Positions 25,148 to 32,000 of a stretch of 32,000 nt of DNA are shown one piece after another. A program made the position numbers and the translations under genes. The notes below the pieces were generated by a model. It saw only the letters and a program-made list of their open reading frames with translations. It was not told the origin of the DNA and made no database searches. Positions within the stretch are counted from its first letter, which is position 1. Each line of letters opens with the position of its first letter. The stretch spans positions 1,020,001 to 1,052,000 of the forward strand of contig OZ245049.1 in assembly GCA_965224465.1 (NCBI GenBank), given 5' to 3'. Source of the DNA: Flavobacteriaceae bacterium (GTDB lineage: Bacteria > Bacteroidota > Bacteroidia > Flavobacteriales > Flavobacteriaceae).

Positions 25148-26129
25148 CTAGCTCAAAATTTGAAAGTTTAGCCGCCGACTCGAAATGCAATTCTATTCCT
25201 TTATCTTTATAATAATTACGATTGCTCGCCTTAAAACCTATCGCATAATTCAATTGATTCTTAGCTACTGAAATCCTAGCTTTTTTCGTGTCATGCAGTT
25301 TTTCCGCTAATATATCAGCCCATAAAGAAGACAATACCATTTCCTTAAAAGATGGATGGATAGGCCCTGCAACAAGAGACTTTCCCAATTCTAATTCCTC
25401 CGATGGATGCAATCCAACACGTAAGATTTTAATAGGTGTCTCCATAAATATCTTATACACTTCTTTAGACCAGTGGACAGCTTCTTCTAAGGACAGCACC
25501 TTGTATTTCCCACTGTGATACATACGTTCTAAAACAGTATCTTGAATCACCAACGTTGGGTAAATCCTAGTAGAATTCGCACCTAAACGTACAATATCCC
25601 TCGCGGTTTGCAGGCTCAATTCCAAACTATCATAAGGCAAGCCCAACATCATTTGAAGACCGAGTTCAAAATTACGTTGGTTGATTAACTTGGCTGCTTT
25701 TTCTATCACATCAAACTTATGCCCTCTCCCCGATTTTAATAAAACTTTATTATTGGTACTCTGTGCACCTAATTCAATAGCCGTGACTCCGTATTGTTCT
25801 AAAATATCTAAAATCTCATTGTTAATATAATCTGGTTTTGTAGACAAACGAATTCCCTGTATTTGACCAGATAACACATAGGAATATGCAACTTTTAAAT
25901 AAGCGATCATCTCCTCCTTTGGAATGCCTGTAAAACTCCCTCCAAAAAAGGCAATATTAATTTCCCTTTCTACAGGAATGGTTTCCAAATAAGCATCAAT
26001 GGTTGCAGCTATTTCATCTGGTTTTGGAATGCTAAAGGTATTGCTTATTTTTTCTTGATTGCAAAATACGCATTGGTAAGGACAGGCCATCTCTGGAATA
26101 AATATGGGGATGTTGGTGTGTTTTTTCAT
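25131..26129 (-). CDS. Radical SAM protein (ELP3-like / HemN-like core)
   Basis: N-terminal CPYQCVFC, a CxxxCxxC 4Fe-4S/SAM cluster motif, followed by a TIM-barrel-like core with GGSFTG. Confidence 0.8.
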   Translation of the reverse strand: MKKHTNIPIFIPEMACPYQCVFCNQEKISNTFSIPKPDEIAATIDAYLETIPVEREINIAFFGGSFTGIPKEEMIAYLKVAYSYVLSGQIQGIRLSTKPDYINNEILDILEQYGVTAIELGAQSTNNKVLLKSGRGHKFDVIEKAAKLINQRNFELGLQMMLGLPYDSLELSLQTARDIVRLGANSTRIYPTLVIQDTVLERMYHSGKYKVLSLEEAVHWSKEVYKIFMETPIKILRVGLHPSEELELGKSLVAGPIHPSFKEMVLSSLWADILAEKLHDTKKARISVAKNQLNYAIGFKASNRNYYKDKGIELHFESAAKLSNFELDVCYY

Positions 26130-26157
26130 TTGGAAAAATAATACAAACTTAATCTCA

Positions 26158-26165
26158 CAAATTTA
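26158..26165 (-). promoter_or_regulatory. Candidate -7 box (TAnnTTTG) for the radical-SAM operon
   Basis: The minus strand reads TAAATTTG about 29 nt upstream of the ATG at 26129. Confidence 0.4.
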
Positions 26166-26302
26166 CAACTTCACAAGCTGTAAACATAAAAAAGGATAAA
26201 AAAATCAGCATTTATAAAAAAAAATATAGGGTAGTATATACCTTAAATACCATCAGACGAACATTTACTTAAAGGTATAAAAACGGGACCATAATTTCTA
26301 GG

Positions 26303-26428
26303 TTATAACAATTAAATTTCCAAGTGACGGTTTAGAAATGGAAGGATAGCCGTAGCTATCGTTCTATTATTTAACAACGATAAAACATAAAATAAATCAT
26401 TTATATCAGTCATTTTGGATTGTAATTG
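26303..26428 (-). mobile_element. MITE-like dispersed repeat, copy M4 (inverted orientation)
   Basis: The plus strand shows the tail complement aaatttccaagtgacggtttagaaatg and the head complement cattttggattgtaattg. Confidence 0.55.
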
Positions 26429-26811
26429 AATTGATCTCAATAGAAATAACTGAATCTGTTTTTTACACTCCCACAAAAAATATCGAAAAAAAATGGACAA
26501 ACCCTTTACATAATTGGTGCTTGACAATTCAACAATTATATATTAAATTTGAAGATCGAATAACGTTGGATTTACATAAAAACGGAAGCAATTCGTGACG
26601 CTAGCCGCTAGGGCTCATTTTAAAATAGTTCGATTTTTAAAGCAGCCTTATGAAGAGAAAATCGAACTATTTTAAAACGTAGAAAAAAATAAGCAGACAG
26701 AGTTTAAATTACACAACCTCCAGTATAACAATCTTTCAAAACAAAATCAGGACAAATCCAATACGTTTAATTGCTATCAGTTTACTTCTATCTAAGAACC
26801 ATTAAAACAAC

Positions 26812-26841
26812 AAAAAACCAGTCAAAACAATTGTTCGACTG
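26812..26841 (-). terminator. Rho-independent terminator of DUF805 paralog 1 (degenerate hairpin)
   Basis: cagtcaaaacaattgttcgactg, with an A run on the plus strand (a T run on the minus strand). Paralogous to 27329-27360. Confidence 0.5.
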
Positions 26842-26879
26842 ATTTTAAATAATACTTTATAGAAACACAAAGCTTTTAC

Positions 26880-27284
26880 TTACTCCATTCCTATTTGATC
26901 AATAGCGTCAAAATCACCTTCCTCTTTTGGGTTATTCCCATACTCGTTGCTCCTATAGTCACCTTCCGTAACATACAATACAAATAGCCATATCGCACCA
27001 ATTAATGGTATTAAAGAAATAAACAGAAACCATCCAGACTTACCTACATCATGCAACCTTCTTACTGTAACAGCAAGACTTGGTACAAAAGAAAAAACCA
27101 CATATAAAAAAATTAATCCGCCAAACATTTCTGTTCCGAATAAATTATTTAGCAATCCACTTACTATTAACACTCCAAAATATGCTAGAAAATTAAATAA
27201 GGCAAACATCCAATATTCTGTTCTTCTAGCTCTTCCTTCAAAATCTGCATATTGTTTTAATACTACTTTTAGATACCACTTCAT
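26880..27284 (-). CDS. DUF805 (YhaH/YhaI-like) inner-membrane protein, paralog 1
   Basis: GRARRTEYWMF and RRLHDVGKSGW signatures, with three or four TM segments. Confidence 0.8.
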   Translation of the reverse strand: MKWYLKVVLKQYADFEGRARRTEYWMFALFNFLAYFGVLIVSGLLNNLFGTEMFGGLIFLYVVFSFVPSLAVTVRRLHDVGKSGWFLFISLIPLIGAIWLFVLYVTEGDYRSNEYGNNPKEEGDFDAIDQIGME

Positions 27285-27328
27285 ACTTATACGTTGTTTT
27301 TAGTTAATTTTTATACGTGTAAATATAT

Positions 27329-27360
27329 AAAAAAACCAGTCAAAACAATTGTTTGACTGG
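27329..27360 (-). terminator. Rho-independent terminator of DUF805 paralog 2
   Basis: ccagtcaaaacaattgtttgactgg hairpin, with a T run on the minus strand (7 A at 27329-27335 on the plus strand). Confidence 0.7.
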
Positions 27361-27367
27361 TTTTAAA

Positions 27368-27438
27368 CCAAATACATTTCCAAGTAATAGTTTAGAAATG
27401 AATTTTTTCATATCGATAATTTTGGATTGTAACTGGTA
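27368..27438 (-). mobile_element. Short MITE-like copy M5 with a 5-bp TTAAA target-site duplication
   Basis: A 71-bp insertion flanked by ttaaa (27363-27367 and 27439-27443). The paralogous uninterrupted site at 26842-26856 reads gattttaaataatac. Confidence 0.7.
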
Positions 27439-27472
27439 TTAAATAATACTTTAGAGAAACACAAAGCTTTAC

Positions 27473-27841
27473 TTACTCGGTTCCTATTTGATCAATAGCA
27501 TCCATATTTCCAATTCCTTTTGGGTTATCTCCCCAATCATTTGCTCCATTTTCACTATCTGTAGCTAATAAAATAATGTTATAAATAGGAATTAAAATAA
27601 ACCATCCACTTTTACCTACATCATGCATACGTCTAATTGAAACCGCTATATTTGGTAACGCTACTGCTAAGGAATAAAACGTTCCTAACATTAATAACCC
27701 AGGTAATTCCGCGAAAAATGAAATCCCTTGAATAGACCAAGAAATAATAAGATTTATAAGGATAAACATCCAATATTCTGTTCTTCTTGCCCTTCCTTTA
27801 AAGTCTACATATTGTTTTAATACTTTTAGATACCACTTCAT
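27473..27841 (-). CDS. DUF805 inner-membrane protein, paralog 2
   Basis: GRARRTEYWMF and RRMHDVGKSGW signatures. The N- and C-termini are near-identical to paralog 1 and the middle has diverged. Confidence 0.8.
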   Translation of the reverse strand: MKWYLKVLKQYVDFKGRARRTEYWMFILINLIISWSIQGISFFAELPGLLMLGTFYSLAVALPNIAVSIRRMHDVGKSGWFILIPIYNIILLATDSENGANDWGDNPKGIGNMDAIDQIGTE

Positions 27842-27889
27842 ACTTATAAATTGTTTTTAGTTAGTTTTTATAAACGTAAATGTAACGCT

Positions 27890-29224
27890 TTAAAAGAAAC
27901 CACGTGACTTAAATTCTAAATATTTATTAATAGTTTCCCCTGTTAAGTTTTTAGGTTCCGTAAGTACGCATTGTATCCCGTATTTTTTGAGTTCTTGAAC
28001 AATTTGTTTCTTTTCGAACTTAAATTTTTCTGCTATAATGGTATCATACACTTGTTCAATATTCCTTGCCTTCCCTTGAATAACTTTGTTAAGTTCTGTA
28101 TTTTCAAAAAAGACCACTAAAAGCAAGTGATTTTTAGAGAGGGCACGTAAATAAGGTAATTGACGGTGCAGGGCATCCATGGTTTCGAAATTGGTATATA
28201 GAATTAATAAACTCCGATGTGTAATTTTACGTTTTACAATGGCGTACAGTCTACTAAAATCAGATTCAGAGAATGTTGTTTTAATATTGTACAAAGCTTC
28301 TGAAATCAAGCTCATTTGCGAATTTCTTTGTTCAGCAACAATTAAATCTTCCATTTCTGTTGCAAAAGTAAACATCCCTGCTTTATCTTGTTTTCTTAGG
28401 GCTATATTACTAATAGCCAATGTTGCATTGATGGCATAATCTAACAAGGTAAGCCCTTCAAAACTTTGTTGCATCGTACGCCCTTTATCGATAATAGAAT
28501 ATATAGGTTGGGATTTTTCCTCTACGTATTGATTGACCATTAACACATTGCTTTTAGCAGTGGCTTTCCAATTGATTGTCCTAATATCATCCCCTGGAAT
28601 ATACCCCTTAATCTGTTCAAACTCCAACGAATGTCCTATTCTTCTATTTTTCTTGGTCCCATACGATTTTAAGGAACTTGAAAAAGAACGGATGTTAAAC
28701 TTATTTAATTGTAAAAAAGAAGGGTAGCACTTTAACTCTTGAGGTTTTCCTAAACTATATTTACGCATTGCCAATTGCAAGGGAGACGACACATAAACAT
28801 TGGCATATCCAAAATCGTATACGCCTCTAAAATTAGGTGTTAAAACATAAGAAATTTTGGTAGGACTCTCTGGTTTTAACTCCAATTGAAAAGAAGTATC
28901 TCTACGCTGAAACTGAAAGGGAAGCTCCTCTAAAATGAGTACATGACATTTAAACGTATAGCTGTTTTCTAATTGAATATAAATAGTATTAGCATCACCG
29001 TTAGACAATCTTTCTGGCAATTCTCTTTCTAAGTGAATGCCTTGTTTCTTAGAATATACCAATAGAATATCTAACAACGTTAAGACTCCCAAAATAAATA
29101 ACAACACCTTGGAAATTTCAAATACTATTGGAATAAAAAACCCCAACACAAACAATACGGATAGCAGTGCTAGCGCATAAAACAATCTGGCATTTAGAAA
29201 CAAGGAGTCGTATAATTTTCTCAC
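27890..29224 (-). CDS. DUF58 domain protein (vWA-like, MoxR partner)
   Basis: Two N-terminal TM segments and the DUF58 signature region YIPGDDIRTINWKATAKSNVLMVNQY. GTG start. Directly downstream of the MoxR ATPase gene. Confidence 0.8.
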   Translation of the reverse strand: MRKLYDSLFLNARLFYALALLSVLFVLGFFIPIVFEISKVLLFILGVLTLLDILLVYSKKQGIHLERELPERLSNGDANTIYIQLENSYTFKCHVLILEELPFQFQRRDTSFQLELKPESPTKISYVLTPNFRGVYDFGYANVYVSSPLQLAMRKYSLGKPQELKCYPSFLQLNKFNIRSFSSSLKSYGTKKNRRIGHSLEFEQIKGYIPGDDIRTINWKATAKSNVLMVNQYVEEKSQPIYSIIDKGRTMQQSFEGLTLLDYAINATLAISNIALRKQDKAGMFTFATEMEDLIVAEQRNSQMSLISEALYNIKTTFSESDFSRLYAIVKRKITHRSLLILYTNFETMDALHRQLPYLRALSKNHLLLVVFFENTELNKVIQGKARNIEQVYDTIIAEKFKFEKKQIVQELKKYGIQCVLTEPKNLTGETINKYLEFKSRGFF

Positions 29225-29272
29225 TGGATTATTTTTTATCTTTTCAAAAGCATTATTTACTTAAGAATATTC

Positions 29273-30277
29273 TTATCTAGGAATCTCAACTGATTCGATA
29301 ATTTGTGTTATAATTTGTTTGCTTGTCATTCCTTCCATTTCACGCTCTGGTGTTACAATAACACGATGATCCAAAATAGGCAAGGTTACTTTTTTGACAT
29401 CCTCTGGCGTAACAAAATCACGTCCATTTATCGCAGCAAAAGCTTTGGATGCTTTTAAAATAGCAATACTCGCTCTAGGAGATGCTCCAAGGTATAAATT
29501 AGAATTACTTCGTGTATTTAACACAATACTAGTAATGTATTTCAAAAGATGTGTCTCTATCTGAATTTTAGATACTAGCTTTTTGTATTTCAAAATTTGG
29601 GCACCACTTATGACCACATCTATCTTTTCCATTTTGGTTTGTTCATCAAGCGCATGCTCTCTGGTAATAATTTCTAGTTCTTCCTCTGCTGTAGGATAAT
29701 CAACATTAATTTTAAATAAAAACCGATCCAACTGCGCCTCTGGCAAACGGTATGTTCCTTCTTGCTCTATTGGATTTTGTGTTGCTAGTACGATAAAAGG
29801 ATCATTCATTTTATAAGTAATACCATCCATGGTCACTTGCTGTTCTTCCATCACTTCAAACAATGCGGCTTGTGTTTTTGCAGGTGCTCTGTTAATTTCA
29901 TCTATAAGTACTACACTTGAAAACACGGGACCTTTTTTAAATTCAAACTCAGAAGATTGCATTGCATACACAGAAGTACCTAAAATATCTGAAGGCATTA
30001 GATCTGGTGTAAATTGAATTCTACTAAAAGGGATGTCAATAGTCTTAGAAAGTAATTTAGCTGTAATTGTTTTTGCAACCCCTGGCACACCTTCTATAAG
30101 AGCATGTCCGTTAGATAATAACGCTACAATAAGTAAATCAATCATCTCATGCTGCCCTACAATTACCTTGTGCAACTGTTCTTTTATCTTTAAAACACTT
30201 TCTTGTAATTCGGACAAATCAATTCTATTTTCAAATTCAACTTTATCCAACTCGTTCTTTTTATTTAACTCTTCCAT
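29273..30277 (-). CDS. moxR: MoxR-family AAA+ ATPase
   Basis: Walker A GVPGVAKT, Walker B VVLIDEINRA, and LATQNPIEQEGTYRLPEAQLDRF, typical of MoxR. Confidence 0.9.
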   Translation of the reverse strand: MEELNKKNELDKVEFENRIDLSELQESVLKIKEQLHKVIVGQHEMIDLLIVALLSNGHALIEGVPGVAKTITAKLLSKTIDIPFSRIQFTPDLMPSDILGTSVYAMQSSEFEFKKGPVFSSVVLIDEINRAPAKTQAALFEVMEEQQVTMDGITYKMNDPFIVLATQNPIEQEGTYRLPEAQLDRFLFKINVDYPTAEEELEIITREHALDEQTKMEKIDVVISGAQILKYKKLVSKIQIETHLLKYITSIVLNTRSNSNLYLGASPRASIAILKASKAFAAINGRDFVTPEDVKKVTLPILDHRVIVTPEREMEGMTSKQIITQIIESVEIPR

Positions 30278-30281
30278 ATTA

Positions 30282-31496
30282 CTATTGTTTCAAATATATT
30301 TCTATCATACTATTTAAGCGCATTAGTTCCTCGTTAGAACATTCACTTCTTCCTCTTAAGGCTCTTATTGTTTTTATTAAATACCGTGTACTACTTATTT
30401 CATTTCCAGACTTCAATGCCAATAGTTCTATAAATCGCTCATTCAAATTTGAGGTATCCAACAAAAACTGAGTTCGAATTGCCTCTAAAAAATAGGTAAT
30501 CTTTTTATCTACTAAATTTTTAGGATTGTTTTCTTTCAAATACAAGTTTGAAATAGTTTGTGTAAACGCTACTGTAGCATTCGTCACCTTCGGCAATATT
30601 GGGATAGGACGTTGTTTTCTTCTCGCATTAAAAAGCATAAATAACAAGAGGCTCCCCATTGCAAGGAACAAACTCCATTTTAATGATGAATGTGCTAAAA
30701 AATACTTAAAGACCGAATCCTTTTCAGGGCTATTATCAGGTTCCTGTGAAAGGCTACTTTTACGTATTTGGGGATCCCATAAAGTAGGAGCACTTGGCAA
30801 ATAAGAAAATACATTTTCTGTATACTTTACCGTGTTTTTTAACATGTAATAATTAGTAAAAGCAATTGGTTGACTGTGTAAGTACACAAGACCTTTACCA
30901 TAATAAATTTTAATATAATTAGCCTTTGACACCGTATTTATATCCTGAGTTCCTAAGACAATAGAACGCCCCGAATTGTACGCAGAAAAATACTGACCTG
31001 TTATATTTCGATCATATCCTAGCGCTGTTAAATCAAACGCTTTGTTCTCTAAGGTAAAACTTCCTGATAAAACTTTGAGTTCTTTATCAGAATACCATAA
31101 AGAGTCTCTTTCTTTAGTTTCAAACTCTAATTTTTCTTTCAAATATTCTGGAAAGGAATTCAATGCTATAAAAGCCGTATTCCCATCGGACACAAAACCA
31201 AGTAATTTATCTATCGCTTGGTCATCCAATTTAGGTGCCGCATCTTTAATGCATATATAATTAGAAAATTTTTCGTCTTCATAATTATCCAATAAATAAT
31301 CTTCGATATTTACTTTTAAATAATGGACCTCTTCATTGTCCAATAAAGATGACATCTCGTTAAAAATGATATATGTTCCAAAAGGACTTTTTTCACGTTC
31401 TCGATAATTCTCTTTCCAATTTGTATTTTTACATTGCACAAATAACGAGAGCATTACCATATAAAATGTATAATGTATGTAGTGTTTTCGTATCAA
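30282..31496 (-). CDS. DUF4350-like membrane-anchored protein of the MoxR operon
   Basis: Its position upstream of moxR, an N-terminal signal/lipobox-like MVMLSLFVQC and a late TM segment WSLFLAMGSLLLFMLF. The TTG start at 31496 is uncertain, and the ATG at 31460 is plausible. Confidence 0.5.
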   Translation of the reverse strand: MIRKHYIHYTFYMVMLSLFVQCKNTNWKENYREREKSPFGTYIIFNEMSSLLDNEEVHYLKVNIEDYLLDNYEDEKFSNYICIKDAAPKLDDQAIDKLLGFVSDGNTAFIALNSFPEYLKEKLEFETKERDSLWYSDKELKVLSGSFTLENKAFDLTALGYDRNITGQYFSAYNSGRSIVLGTQDINTVSKANYIKIYYGKGLVYLHSQPIAFTNYYMLKNTVKYTENVFSYLPSAPTLWDPQIRKSSLSQEPDNSPEKDSVFKYFLAHSSLKWSLFLAMGSLLLFMLFNARRKQRPIPILPKVTNATVAFTQTISNLYLKENNPKNLVDKKITYFLEAIRTQFLLDTSNLNERFIELLALKSGNEISSTRYLIKTIRALRGRSECSNEELMRLNSMIEIYLKQ

Positions 31497-31530
31497 TGAA
31501 TGGAGCTTATAAAGGATTTATAATTAGTGT

Positions 31531-31974
31531 CTATTTTTTAAACATCTGGGCATCTATAGAAAACTCCCCATACCAAACGTAATTATAGATATAGGAAAGG
31601 TAAGAAAAACGGGCACGTAACGACTTGTTTTTTAATTCATATATATATGCAGCATTCGTTTTTTCTATATGGTATTTTATCAATTCTTTGTCTGCTAATT
31701 TTTTTAATGTAGCTAAATAATGATAGCGCGTAGCCAATCTAAAATCCTTCAATGCAACAGCTCTTTTCAAAAGAGCATCAAAATCCGTTGCAGATATAAA
31801 CTCTTCTTCTTCTTCAAATGTTAAACCTGTCCCTTTAATTTTGGTGGTTTTGGAATATTTCCAAAATTTCAAATCTGAGCCCATCAGTACCCTCACAATT
31901 ATATAGACAACCAATAAGCCTAATAAATAAGGAAAAACGGACGTCATAAATAGGAGAAACTTAGTAAAAAACAA
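31531..31974 (-). CDS. DUF4129-like membrane protein
   Basis: N-terminal TM segment, then ATRYHYLATLKKLADKELIKYHIEKTNAAY, which matches the DUF4129 pattern commonly found upstream of DUF4350/MoxR/DUF58. The start is uncertain (TTG at 31974 or ATG at 31947). Confidence 0.5.
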   Translation of the reverse strand: MFFTKFLLFMTSVFPYLLGLLVVYIIVRVLMGSDLKFWKYSKTTKIKGTGLTFEEEEEFISATDFDALLKRAVALKDFRLATRYHYLATLKKLADKELIKYHIEKTNAAYIYELKNKSLRARFSYLSYIYNYVWYGEFSIDAQMFKK

Positions 31975-32000
31975 TGAATCTGAAACAGGCGCTGGTTCTT

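Noticed and set aside
1-32000. tRNA, rRNA or tmRNA genes
   Set aside because: I saw no cloverleaf-compatible segment with a GTTCRANYC T-loop and acceptor pairing, and no rRNA-like conserved block. The gttcaaaac stretch in the R part lacks flanking complementary arms.

Overview
Low-GC segment that looks like Bacteroidota/Flavobacteriia: TAnnTTTG-type -7 boxes upstream of several genes, a MoxR-DUF58 operon and a CzcA-family pump. It has two parts. (1) Positions 1-12.8 kb hold a minus-strand array of seven gene cassettes. They are separated by five near-identical ~630-bp non-coding modules, one truncated module and two shorter attC-like stem elements. The cargo genes are unrelated to one another and look like defence or immunity genes: two different reverse transcriptases, an AEP-primase-like protein, an HNH-like protein, an Rx4H protein, a secreted MORN/YwqK-like protein, an STSQYGG-repeat protein and orphan ORFs. 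No integrase or recombinase is visible in the window, and the array runs off the left edge. I consider this integron-like (or rAID-like) array, with its composite repeat containing a conserved hairpin and mini-ORF, the most interesting object here. (2) Positions 12.8-32 kb look like ordinary chromosome. They carry a heavy-metal RND efflux operon (CzcA fused to a TolC-like domain, then a CzcB adaptor), a TetR-linked redox gene cluster, a radical-SAM gene, two tandem DUF805 paralogs and a DUF4129/DUF4350/MoxR/DUF58 operon. A small MITE-like repeat family is scattered through the intergenic regions, and one copy can be compared with an empty paralogous site. I found no rRNA, tRNA or CRISPR. All product calls come from motif recognition by eye, not from database searches.
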